Made by a program: the position numbers and the translations under genes. Under the pieces are notes generated by a model. It was not told the DNA's origin, searched no databases, and worked only from the letters and a program-made list of their open reading frames with translations. Of a DNA stretch of 64,000 bases, positions 41,388-51,245 are shown in pieces; within the stretch, counting starts at the first letter, position 1, and each line of letters opens with the position of its first letter. The stretch is from an uncultured Acidobacteriota bacterium (lineage in GTDB: Bacteria > Acidobacteriota > Blastocatellia > RBC074). Location: contig CAWCKY010000007.1 in assembly GCA_963796275.1 (NCBI GenBank), positions 1 through 64,000 of the forward strand, written 5' to 3'.

Positions 41388-43332
41388 TGAAGCTCTATCA
41401 CCACCCAACATAACAATGTTTTCATTACCACTTATGACTGACTTGCGGCATAGACCGGGCGCCGCCAACAGACCCGTCCCGAACCCTGATGCCGATGTAA
41501 AAAGGGCGATCGGATTTCTGCGCGAGCGATGCGCCCCGAATGGATTTCCCTCTTTTGTTTCCCCAGATCCCGGCTTTTCTTCGCAGGTCGAGTCCGCCGA
41601 AGAAGTGTTCACGTCCATGCTGATTCTGCGCTCATTTGATGACTGTGGCCTGGACGCGCCAGGTGAGAAACGTCAACTTGAGAGAGTTTGTCGGTCTTTC
41701 ACTCGGCAGGGTTTCGTTCACTTTTTTGCGGACCGCGGCATGCTCGCGGCGGACGTCGACTGCACAGCGGCGGGGATCGAGCTGGCGCTCAAGCGCGGCA
41801 TATCGCTGGCTTTCGACGTCAAGCGCGTACTGGATGTCATTGCCGCGAACGTCGACGATTCCGGTGTGCTATGCGTCTATCTCGATCCCGATGAAAGTCG
41901 AAAGGATCGCGTGGACGCGGCCGTCTGCGCCAACACGCTCTACCTCTTTTATATGCTCGGCCGCGAAGCCGATCTGAAGGCTTCCGAGCAATACGTCTGG
42001 AATCAACTTACGGGGATCCGGTTCTCGGAGGGAACGCGCTATTACCCGTCCCCTGACATTTTCCTGCTGTTCCTGTCACGACTGCTCGCTGATTTTGAAC
42101 GCTCCCGAGCCCGTTTTGCAGCTGCGGTGGAATGGCGGATTCGCGAACGACTCGGCCTGCCCGGATCGAATGTCGAGCTTTCCGCACGCGTGACAGCGGC
42201 GTGGAAAGTGGGGTTACACGCGGAGCGGGAGTTGGATGAACTCGCGCGTGCCCAGAGAGTCGACGGCTCGTGGCCGGCCGCGCCCTGCTTCCGATTCGGA
42301 CGCCGGCCGGTGTATTTCGGCGGGGAGAGCCTTTCCACAGCCTGGGGCGCATGCGCCCTGATGATCGGTTCGCGGCGCCTTCCACGCACGGCGCTCGCGA
42401 GAGAAGTCGTCATGGACGGCTCCGGCGGATCGCGACTCAGCGAGCGGATCACCTATCCGTTTGGTTGTTTCGAATTGAATGCGGATCAGATTGAGCTGGT
42501 CCGAGACGAACTTGCCAGCCTGTCCGATCGCTACCAGCTCTTCGAGGGGCGGGAGGAGTGGAATCACATCCTCCTGACCTTCATCACCTATTGCTCCGCA
42601 CGCAGCCCCGAGGACGACGCCCTACGTCTGCTCTGTCATTTTCTGTATATGACGGTGTTTTTTAACGAGGCCCGCTCGCGGGGGCTGAATCGGGATTTAG
42701 CGCTCAACTACGCGGGAATTATGAGAGGCGGGCAAGCGCGCGCTTCCCATCCCGTACTCAGTGCCGCGCGAGATTTCCGTCTGCGGTTCGATCGGCTGCT
42801 CGCGGCGAAGGAGAGCGACGCCTCGGCCTTTTTCCATTACTTCGGTCTCAACATCTCCTCCTTCTTGCGAGACGCGACGGCCGACCATTCCGATCCTCGC
42901 GACCCGCGCACATCCCTGTGGGTGCGATTACACTCCATTTCCGCCCTTGCCTACTTCCAATTCTGGAAACTGCTTCTCAGGGTCGGCGCGCGCGAGGAAC
43001 TGCCTCACGCCACTGACATCTTCCGGTGTGAAATGCTGTCGGCCAGAATTCAAAGCCTCGCTAACGATATCTGTTCTATCGAAAGGGACGCGCGCGAGGA
43101 CTCTCTGAATATAGTATCCGTAGTTGCCCAGCGCGAGAACATTCCGTACAAGCTGGCGTTGAGTACGGTTCGACGATGGCACGACGACGCCGTAACGGAG
43201 TACGCCGACGCCACCCGCCGCGCGAGCAAGGTTACTCCGCCAGGCCCGGTTGCCGATTACCTGGAATTCATTGAGTCCTGCACAGCAGGGAACGTGCAGA
43301 GCATGCTTTCCCTTGCGTCCAGGTATTCATAA
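41347..43332 (+). CDS. Putative bifunctional terpene cyclase: class II beta domain fused to a class I alpha domain (true start may be 41416 or 41434)
   Basis: N-half: DVDCT, RVDAAVCANTLYLF, GTRYYPSPDIFL, QRVDGSW. C-half: RLHSIS, NDICSIERD, NIV and terminal RY. Confidence 0.8.
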   Translation: MSRATAPPHSGDVDEALSPPNITMFSLPLMTDLRHRPGAANRPVPNPDADVKRAIGFLRERCAPNGFPSFVSPDPGFSSQVESAEEVFTSMLILRSFDDCGLDAPGEKRQLERVCRSFTRQGFVHFFADRGMLAADVDCTAAGIELALKRGISLAFDVKRVLDVIAANVDDSGVLCVYLDPDESRKDRVDAAVCANTLYLFYMLGREADLKASEQYVWNQLTGIRFSEGTRYYPSPDIFLLFLSRLLADFERSRARFAAAVEWRIRERLGLPGSNVELSARVTAAWKVGLHAERELDELARAQRVDGSWPAAPCFRFGRRPVYFGGESLSTAWGACALMIGSRRLPRTALAREVVMDGSGGSRLSERITYPFGCFELNADQIELVRDELASLSDRYQLFEGREEWNHILLTFITYCSARSPEDDALRLLCHFLYMTVFFNEARSRGLNRDLALNYAGIMRGGQARASHPVLSAARDFRLRFDRLLAAKESDASAFFHYFGLNISSFLRDATADHSDPRDPRTSLWVRLHSISALAYFQFWKLLLRVGAREELPHATDIFRCEMLSARIQSLANDICSIERDAREDSLNIVSVVAQRENIPYKLALSTVRRWHDDAVTEYADATRRASKVTPPGPVADYLEFIESCTAGNVQSMLSLASRYS

Positions 43333-44198
43333 TGTGGGTTAAGTTTAAAACCTGTCTACCAGGAAAATGGGTCCTGGTTGGAGAACATGCTGTGATGCGC
43401 GGCGGTATGGCCATCGTCTTCCCTTTCCCGGAAGTGAGCCTCTGCCTCGACTTTGTTCCGCAACGAAGCAAAAAGCTGAAAGTTACTCCGCCGGACGCTG
43501 AGCCAGTGATACATGAGCTACTCAGAACTTATGAAAGTTGGAGGAGTGGGAATGACGGGTTTTCCTTGCCCATGGGCAGCCTGACCATTCAGAGCGATAT
43601 ACCTCAAGGCGCCGGCCTCGGCTCTTCAGCCGCTTTGTGCTCGGCTGTGGCGCGGTGGATCGCCAGCGCCACAGGTCTTCCGTTAACTGAGCTGGCTGAA
43701 CTTGCGCGCTGTTTGGAGTCCCGTTTTCACGGCGCCAGCAGTGGCATGGACATCGCGGTCGTGCTTGCCAATGCGCCGATCGTATTCGAGAAAGGCGGTC
43801 AGCCGCGAATACTGAAGCTCGGGAGAATTCCCCATTTCACTCTGCACGATACGGGGTTGCGGTCGAACACTTCCGATTGTGTCTCACGGGTAAAGACATT
43901 CATAGCCAGAAATCCGAAGAGGGCTACCGCCGTAGACCGGGCGATGGACGCTGCGTCATTCCAAGCGTTGAAAGGGCTATTGAATTACGGCCGCGGTGAA
44001 GAACAGGCCGGGTTGAAGGCGATCGCCGAAGGAATGCGAATGGCGCTTGATTGTTTTGGCGCCTCGAACTGGGACCTGATTTCCGGAGACGAAGAGCGAT
44101 TGATCCGGTCGCTGCTGAACGATGGCGCGTTGGCCGTGAAGCCGACGGGGGCAGGTGGAGGCGGTATGGCACTGGCGCTCTGGGATCGCCCAGGATGA
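43332..44198 (+). CDS. Mevalonate kinase (GHMP family)
   Basis: PGKWVLVGEHAV, PQGAGLGSSAA, FHGASSGMD, KPTGAGGGG. The start overlaps the upstream stop (TAATG). Confidence 0.9.
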   Translation: MWVKFKTCLPGKWVLVGEHAVMRGGMAIVFPFPEVSLCLDFVPQRSKKLKVTPPDAEPVIHELLRTYESWRSGNDGFSLPMGSLTIQSDIPQGAGLGSSAALCSAVARWIASATGLPLTELAELARCLESRFHGASSGMDIAVVLANAPIVFEKGGQPRILKLGRIPHFTLHDTGLRSNTSDCVSRVKTFIARNPKRATAVDRAMDAASFQALKGLLNYGRGEEQAGLKAIAEGMRMALDCFGASNWDLISGDEERLIRSLLNDGALAVKPTGAGGGGMALALWDRPG

Positions 44199-44737
44199 TG
44201 CTAGCGCTCCGACGTTCAGTCGGCCCGTTCTCGGAGTTTATTCAGAGAAATGCTGCGCCTCAGCTGACCGTGTTCCCAGCTGAAAATATTCTTCATCGAA
44301 ATACCGTAAAAAACGGCCTGAAATCGTTATAGGAATGACAAATCGGAATGCACTTCAAAGAGCCTCTTAATGGCTTCTTTCCTGAGCAGCGCGATCGTGA
44401 GGCTATCAACTGACAGTTGATAAGGTCGCCTGACTCTCGAGATGACTACGGCATTTTGTTAGCTGGCATTCTGTCAATCAACTAATAAACCTATATCAGT
44501 TACTTCGGTTGTTCTGTTAATTTCAGAGCAACCGTTTTTTATGGTGAAACTGATTTGGGACAGATTTCGTCTGCCCCCGTGAGTTGACGGCATCACGTAT
44601 TCGCTTCGAGTTGATTCTGGTGTAGATTGCAGTCGTGTTGATATCTTTTGCCCGGTCTTTATGCCCGGTCACATCGCAAGCCGCAATGATGCGGCCCGTT
44701 CGGCAAGTCGAATATCGATCAAGGAGAAATATTCCGC

Positions 44738-45727
44738 ATGGCTTCAATTGACGTCTCCGTGCTGCGCCACGACTGGACAGTCAGCGAGATCGAACTCATC
44801 TACAATCTACCTTTGCCCGATCTTATCTTTCAGGCTCAGATCGAGCACCGCCGCCATCACAATCCATCAGAGGTACAAGGTTGTACGCTACTCAGTATTA
44901 AGACGGGCGGCTGCCCTGAGGATTGCGCTTACTGCCCGCAATCAGCTCGTTATCAAACCGGCGTCACGCGCCACACACTTCTGAGCGTAGACGAGACGAT
45001 GGATGCGGCCCGTCAGGCTCGCGAGCAAGGCGCGACCCGCTTCTGTATGGGCGCGGCATGGCGCGACGCGCCACAAGGCAAGGAGTTCGATCGTGTGCTC
45101 GAGATGGTGCGCGGGGTTCGCGCTTTGGGGATGGAGGCATGCTGCACGCTCGGCATGTTGACTGACGAGCAAGCCGAAGCATTGGCCCTCGCGGGGCTGA
45201 CAGCCTACAACCATAACATCGACACAGCGCCGGAGTTCTATGGCTCGATCATCACCACGCGCGCTTACGAAGATCGACTGGCGACACTGGCGCATGTCCG
45301 GCGCGCCGGCGTCACCGTGTGCTGTGGCGGCATCATCGGGATGGGTGAATCCTGCGGGGATCGTTACGGTCTGCTGCAACAACTCGCCAGCCAGCGCCCG
45401 CATCCCGAGAGTGTGCCGATCAATCTGTTGGTACGTGTGGAGGGCACGCCGCTGGCCGAACAACCTGACACCGATCCCATAGAACTGGTGAGGATGATCG
45501 CTACCGCGCGCATTCTGATGCCGGTCTCGATGGTGAGATTAAGCGCCGGCCGGCTCGCGCTCTCGGACGAAGCGCAGGCGCTCTGTTTTCTGGCCGGCGC
45601 CAATTCGATCTTTATGGGCGACCGGCTGCTGACCACGCCCAATCCAGAGCACAATCGCGACCAGGCATTGCTCGGCCGACTCGGGTTGCGCCTTCGATCG
45701 ACACCGAGCCAGGCTTCGGATGAGTGA
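44738..45727 (+). CDS. bioB: Biotin synthase
   Basis: [44 protein letters not shown]. Confidence 0.98.
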   Translation: MASIDVSVLRHDWTVSEIELIYNLPLPDLIFQAQIEHRRHHNPSEVQGCTLLSIKTGGCPEDCAYCPQSARYQTGVTRHTLLSVDETMDAARQAREQGATRFCMGAAWRDAPQGKEFDRVLEMVRGVRALGMEACCTLGMLTDEQAEALALAGLTAYNHNIDTAPEFYGSIITTRAYEDRLATLAHVRRAGVTVCCGGIIGMGESCGDRYGLLQQLASQRPHPESVPINLLVRVEGTPLAEQPDTDPIELVRMIATARILMPVSMVRLSAGRLALSDEAQALCFLAGANSIFMGDRLLTTPNPEHNRDQALLGRLGLRLRSTPSQASDE

Positions 45728-46139
45728 AGGCTAACGAGCGAGTCTATGTTTCGGCGCCGTTCCGAGGCTGTAGCCACGCCATATTAGTGTTAGGTAAGGT
45801 ATCCATTAGAATCTTTTTTATACCTACATAACTCTTGTTTATTTATCTTCATAACTATAATATCCCCTCGTCTGATACACCAACCATAGCTTCTCTAAGT
45901 TCCATATAACGTCTGCGGCCAATTTTTACGGTTACGAGGCTCGCAACCAACTCGAGTTTCACCTTCACCGTGCGGATTGGACGTGGCGGGTAATGTCTTG
46001 GCTTGAGCAATCAAGTCAAGGGTGTGAACAGACAGGAGAGGGATTCGCAAGCGCCGACTGCGCTAAAAAAACACGCCACTCGGAAAGTAAAAGTGGCTGA
46101 AGCACCCACTACAGGTTCGAAAAACAGGAGGTCACAAGT

Positions 46140-48722
46140 ATGCGTAACACACTCTACCTTTTGCTGGCCGCAGCAATGTTTTTCTCAGCGATCTGGATGT
46201 CTTCGGTGACCGGCGCGTCGAATCAAGGCGCAGCCGGACAGCAACAGATCGAGCCGCCGACCTTGCAGGTACAACCCGTCGGCCTGCCCAACTACGATGT
46301 CCGCGAGGAGCTTCGCGACGCAGCGCCAAGCCGAGTGAATCAATTGGGCGCGGCGGTTGTCGCCACCGATACACAGGCGATGCAGAACGCCATTGAATCT
46401 TTCCGTCAGCGAATTCCTCTCGAGGCGCGTGATAATTTACGTGTGGTGATGAGCGATACGGGTCTGCCGAAAATGGTGTTCAATATTGAGGGGCCGCTCT
46501 CCGTTCCCCAATCGGACCTGCCGGATTCGATCGCGCGCGGTTTTCTCGCCGATCATTCGGCCATGTTCGGACTCGACCGGGGCCAGATCTCCGAGATGAA
46601 ATTGAAGAATGCGGATAACGACAATGGCACGACCTTTTTAAATTACGAACAAACGGTCGACGGCATTCCTGTCTTTCAAGGGGAAGTTCAAGTGGTCGTC
46701 AACGCCAACGGGCAGGTGATCTCTATCAACGAAGGGCTGGTAATTCCCGACCCCCGAATCGATATGGCTCCCAGGCTTTCCGAGAGCGAAGGCATGCAGA
46801 TGGCTTTTCTGCACGCGGGCAGAGTGGCGCCTGCATCGTTCGAGATGATGGAGGACCGGATAGCTAAAGGCGAACGAGCCGTTTATCGAAACCCGTTCGG
46901 TGAGGACCGCGAGAATATTCTCTCTGGTATGAGAATTATGCGCGTCGGGCTGCGAGCCGTACTCGCCTGGCACTCCTACGTGGATGTCGGGGCGAACGAA
47001 TGGTACGAAATCCTGGTCGATGCGAATACGGGAGCGATGCTCTATCGCCACAACCTCTACGCGGACGTCGCCCAGGGAACGGTCTTCCGGGTGAATGGGT
47101 TAGGTCAACGCACGCTCGAATCTTTCGTCGGGGATACGACGATCAACACGGCCGCCGGCTGGATGGGCACTTCGACGGTGACGACAGGCAATAACGTCGA
47201 TGCCTATTTGGACACGAATGCGGATAACCAACCGGATGCGATTACTACCACCGGTATTCAAAACGGACGCGCCTTCTCGTCCATACAGGACTTCACCTTC
47301 CCATTCACACTGGGCATTGATCCTCGGACGCAAAGAGCGGCTGTTTTGGCCAGTCTCTTCTATTTTAATAACATAATGCACGATTTTTCTTACCGGCTCG
47401 GGTTCACTGAATCGGCTGGCAATTTCCAGACGAATAACTTCGGGCGTGGTGGGACCGGCAATGATTCGGTCAGAGCCGAAGCGCAGGATGGATCGGGTAC
47501 CAACAACGCAAACTTTGGGACGCCGCCCGAAGGATCGCGCCCGCGTATGCAGATGTTTCTCTTCACGCGCGGAACGTCTGATCTGAATGATGACCGCGAC
47601 TCCACATTCGACGGCGATGTCGTATTGCACGAGTATGGTCATGGAATTTCGAATCGTCTGGTTGGCGGGCCGGCAAACACGAGCTGTTTGGGCGGAACGC
47701 AAGCGGGCGCTATGGGCGAAGGCTGGTCGGATTACTGGGCTTCCACATTCTATAATAATGGCGTTGTCGGCGAATTTGTCACCAACAATTTGACGCGCGG
47801 CATTCGCCGCGCCGCCTACACGGTTCCGGCGAACCCGGTTCACGATTCTTACGCCGACCTGGGAGTTGGAGGCTTTCAGGTCCATCGCGACGGCGAGGTC
47901 TGGGCTGCGACATTGTGGGATTTACGACAAACGCTGGGCGCCACCATCGCCGACAGGCTGGTCCTGCAAGGAATGAAGTTCACCCCCTGCAGTCCATCCT
48001 ACCTCAATGCTCGCGATGGCATCTTGATGGCTGATCAGAACATCAACGGCGGTGCGAACAGATGCACCATTTGGCGCGTCTTCGCGCGTCACGGGATGGG
48101 CGTCTCGGCCCAAGGGAATAACGGCACCACGCACGTCGCCGCAACCGATATACCGCAGGATTGCAACGGCGGTGGGGGGGCGACGACGATCTTCCTCGAC
48201 AACTTCGAGACTAACCAGGGATGGACGGCCAACCTGAATGGAACCGACACAGCGACGACAGGACAATGGGCGCTTGCTAATCCCGAGACTACAACTTCGA
48301 GCGGAACCAAGCAGCTCGGAACCACTGTCAGTGGGGTGAATGCCCTGGTTACAGGCGCCCTGGCCGGCTCCTCCGCCGGAGTCAATGACTTAGACGGCGG
48401 CGTCACAACCGTCATGTCACCGGCAATCACCTTACAAGGAGGAACCAGCTTCACGCTGACCTTCTCCTATTACCTGGCCCACGGAACCAACTCCTCGACC
48501 GCCGACTTCTTCCGCGTGCGGGTTGTGGTCGGCAGCACCGTAACCACAGTATTCCAGGAACTCGGCGGCACTGAGGACGACGATGCAGTCTGGGCCACCG
48601 GCACGGTGAACCTCAGTCAGTTCGCCGGACAGACGATCCGAATCCTGGTCGAGGCGGCGGACGCCAGCGGCGCAAGCCTCGTCGAAGCAGGCCTTGACGA
48701 CTTGAGGATAACAAGGCAGTAA
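46140..48722 (+). CDS. Secreted M36 (fungalysin) metallopeptidase with FTP propeptide and C-terminal beta-sandwich
   Basis: Signal peptide, GFTESAGNFQ, NNANF, HEYGHGISNRL, MGEGWSD, GEVWA. Confidence 0.95.
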   Translation: MRNTLYLLLAAAMFFSAIWMSSVTGASNQGAAGQQQIEPPTLQVQPVGLPNYDVREELRDAAPSRVNQLGAAVVATDTQAMQNAIESFRQRIPLEARDNLRVVMSDTGLPKMVFNIEGPLSVPQSDLPDSIARGFLADHSAMFGLDRGQISEMKLKNADNDNGTTFLNYEQTVDGIPVFQGEVQVVVNANGQVISINEGLVIPDPRIDMAPRLSESEGMQMAFLHAGRVAPASFEMMEDRIAKGERAVYRNPFGEDRENILSGMRIMRVGLRAVLAWHSYVDVGANEWYEILVDANTGAMLYRHNLYADVAQGTVFRVNGLGQRTLESFVGDTTINTAAGWMGTSTVTTGNNVDAYLDTNADNQPDAITTTGIQNGRAFSSIQDFTFPFTLGIDPRTQRAAVLASLFYFNNIMHDFSYRLGFTESAGNFQTNNFGRGGTGNDSVRAEAQDGSGTNNANFGTPPEGSRPRMQMFLFTRGTSDLNDDRDSTFDGDVVLHEYGHGISNRLVGGPANTSCLGGTQAGAMGEGWSDYWASTFYNNGVVGEFVTNNLTRGIRRAAYTVPANPVHDSYADLGVGGFQVHRDGEVWAATLWDLRQTLGATIADRLVLQGMKFTPCSPSYLNARDGILMADQNINGGANRCTIWRVFARHGMGVSAQGNNGTTHVAATDIPQDCNGGGGATTIFLDNFETNQGWTANLNGTDTATTGQWALANPETTTSSGTKQLGTTVSGVNALVTGALAGSSAGVNDLDGGVTTVMSPAITLQGGTSFTLTFSYYLAHGTNSSTADFFRVRVVVGSTVTTVFQELGGTEDDDAVWATGTVNLSQFAGQTIRILVEAADASGASLVEAGLDDLRITRQ

Positions 48723-48730
48723 GGACAGAA

Positions 48731-48809
48731 GATCGAGGATCGAGGATCGAAGAAAAAAGATCGAGGATCGAGAATTTAAACTCACTCAAACTTCTCGATC
48801 CTCGATCCT
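48731..48809. repeat. GATCGAG heptamer repeats forming an inverted-repeat hairpin after the M36 gene
   Basis: gatcgaggatcgaggatcga...gatcgaggatcgagaa versus ttctcgatcctcgatcc. Confidence 0.7.
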
Positions 48810-49137
48810 TGGGCGGATGTCCTTCATCACGTTTCTGCTTATGCGCCCCGGTTCGGATTGCCTGGGGGCATGGCTCAAACTCTCATGCCAAGGTTTTCTG
48901 GGTTCCCCAGCCCGAACAAATTCGACCATTTGTCGGCGGAATTCTGGGGATATGGCGGACGCGATTTATGCAGATGTTGAGGTGCCCAGATAATCGGGTC
49001 AACTTCGCAAGATGAGACTGCTCGACTTGGAGATGCGGAAGTGTAGCTGATATGTCAGGGGGCTAAAGTGGATCGAATAGAGGTGCTCAGGCATCGATAG
49101 CCGCGATCCGTAATTGATGCCTTCGTTGAGGTAATTT

Positions 49138-50028
49138 ATGGTCATCGACAATCTATCACGCCGCTCTTTCCTCCTCGCTTCTTCAGGATTGGTTGCGAGC
49201 GGCACACTCCCACGAGCTACGCAGACGCTCACTGCCGGGCAAGTGATCGATCGCATCAAAGCCAGCGTCGGCATTCCGTGGCGCGCTCAAACGGTTGATA
49301 ACATCATCGCTGGAACGGTGGAGACGCCTGTCAAAGGAATCGCCACCACGATGATGGCGACGCTTGACGTCGTTCAGAGAGCCGCCGCGAGCGGGAAGAA
49401 TATGGTGATCACCCACGAGTCGACTTTCTTCTCGCACCAGGATCGAACCGACCATATCCTTCAGGATCCTACCTATCAATTCAAACTTAATTTCCTGAAC
49501 AAGCACAATATGGTTGTGTTCCATTTCCACGATCATTGGCACGGTCGGCAACCGGACGGAATCGCCATCGGAATGATGAGGGAGTTGGGCTGGGAGAAGA
49601 AGGCCGACCCGGATAACCCTAAGATGTTTACTTTCTCGGAAACCCCGCTCGCGCTACTTGCCCGAGAGATGGAGACGAAGTTGAAGATTCGCACTATGCG
49701 CGTACTTGGCGATCCAAATTTGCCAGTCAAACGCGTGCTTGCGAGTTGGGGGAACCTGAGCCTGATGCCCGGCATTCCCTTTCTTTCGCGACCCGACGTG
49801 GATGTACTGGTGGTCGGGGAGACACACGAGTGGGAACTGGTCGAATACGCTCAGGACGCAATCACCTCAGGGCAAAAGAAAGCCCTTATCGTGCTCGGCC
49901 ATGTTGTGTCGGAGCAAGCAGGAATGAAGTATTGCGCCGAATGGCTGAAAGGCTTCATCAAGGATATCCCAATAGAGTTCGTCGCAGCGCCCGAGCCATT
50001 CTGGACTCCCGGCAACCCGATACGATAA
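49138..50028 (+). CDS. Nif3-like dinuclear metal protein (GTP cyclohydrolase I type 2 family) with Tat signal
   Basis: [29 protein letters not shown]. Confidence 0.88.
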   Translation: MVIDNLSRRSFLLASSGLVASGTLPRATQTLTAGQVIDRIKASVGIPWRAQTVDNIIAGTVETPVKGIATTMMATLDVVQRAAASGKNMVITHESTFFSHQDRTDHILQDPTYQFKLNFLNKHNMVVFHFHDHWHGRQPDGIAIGMMRELGWEKKADPDNPKMFTFSETPLALLAREMETKLKIRTMRVLGDPNLPVKRVLASWGNLSLMPGIPFLSRPDVDVLVVGETHEWELVEYAQDAITSGQKKALIVLGHVVSEQAGMKYCAEWLKGFIKDIPIEFVAAPEPFWTPGNPIR

Positions 50029-50268
50029 ATCCCCGCTTGCCTCTCTCATTCTGGAGCCTGCCGTCATCGATAAATGCCTAGTCGGCCCCGCCTAATGCTC
50101 GACCGGATCGATACTTCTGTTGAGTTTATTATTGTCTACCAACTTTGCGAGCTTCACACTTTGAGCTGGGAATTTATCTATCATGGTGCATTCTGCGCTC
50201 AGGCCGGGACTGAAATGGTCAGCATCGCTGTGTAGCAATCTGGTTCGTACGATCACTATCCGTCTGTA

Positions 50269-50305
50269 TGCGTATATTTACCCAACCGGTGCGCAATTTA
50301 ACCCA
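50269..50305. promoter_or_regulatory. Putative tandem enhancer (UAS) sites TGCG-N8-CCCA, 21 bp apart
   Basis: tgcgtatatttaccca (50269) and tgcgcaatttaaccca (50290), upstream of a sigma-54 motif. Confidence 0.55.
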
Positions 50306-50344
50306 CTTGCTACTCTTTACCTCCTATAATCAGACATTTAAAGC

Positions 50345-50360
50345 AGGCACACTTTTTGCT
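50345..50360 (+). promoter_or_regulatory. Sigma-54 -24/-12 promoter
   Basis: AGGCACACTTTTTGCT fits GG-N10-GC. Confidence 0.7.
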
Positions 50361-50424
50361 CCATAACAGTGTTGGAAAGGACGAGTGCTTGAACTCACGT
50401 GAGCGGTCAAGCATCGACAAAACT

Positions 50425-50799
50425 ATGTATTCCACGCTTCCATCTTGCACTTCAGTTGAGACTCTCGAGTTTAGTGATGAGCTTGAAGGGATAACGCTGC
50501 AGACGTTAAGGCCTTGCGACAGGATCCACGTGCGTACGTGCAACAGCGACTATGATATCTTTCTGATTGAACCCGAGTCCGGTCGCGCGCTGGTGAGAGG
50601 CGGGAAATTTTTTGCTCAGCCGGTGGAGGCGACTGTGAGCGGCTCAACTTTTGGTGGCTGCATGCTCAGAGTAGGCTGGCTCTGCGAAGGGCTGCAGATG
50701 GAGTTCAATGCCAACGGCCGGGCCATAGTGACATCTCCGGTCCAGGAGTTGCGCGTCGAGCGTGGGAGTTTAAATACCGTTGTCTGCAGGGCCTTCTGA
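50425..50799 (+). CDS. Small conserved-looking beta-rich hypothetical protein
   Basis: ORF with HVRTCNSDY, GSTFGGCML and IVTSPV. Start placed downstream of the sigma-54 motif. Confidence 0.7.
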   Translation: MYSTLPSCTSVETLEFSDELEGITLQTLRPCDRIHVRTCNSDYDIFLIEPESGRALVRGGKFFAQPVEATVSGSTFGGCMLRVGWLCEGLQMEFNANGRAIVTSPVQELRVERGSLNTVVCRAF

Positions 50800-51245
50800 C
50801 GCAGTCCAGCTAGCGTTATTTACGACGTCGCCCGTTGGACAAGGGCGCAAACCATTTCCACCGATAATTCTTACCTGATAAATAATCTGGCAAATGCGAA
50901 GACTGTGGATTCAGCCTCAGGCGGTCAGAGTAACACCCCCTGAAGTCGGAACTCCAAACTCAACTACACAAAGTCCAGGCTGTCTGGGTATTGATCTGCA
51001 AGATTTTTCTATGCACGGCTTTCATTTTTTTGCTGTATGGTAATAGTGCGACTTTGCTATTTTGCCATTCAGTGCTTACAAATACAGGTCTTTTCGCCAG
51101 ACGGTTTTTCGATAGGGATAAGAGTGTCAATAGCACACCGGACATCGATTTCGCCAGCTGAATTCGTTTGCACCAAAGGGGATCGGATCGAGGAGCACGG
51201 CGAGGCACCGCGCCATTCTGGTCGATAAGACAATAAGCGTGCTTC

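Noticed and set aside
46060-46135. Riboswitch upstream of the M36 peptidase
   Set aside because: There is only a short imperfect hairpin and no conserved aptamer motif that I can recognise.
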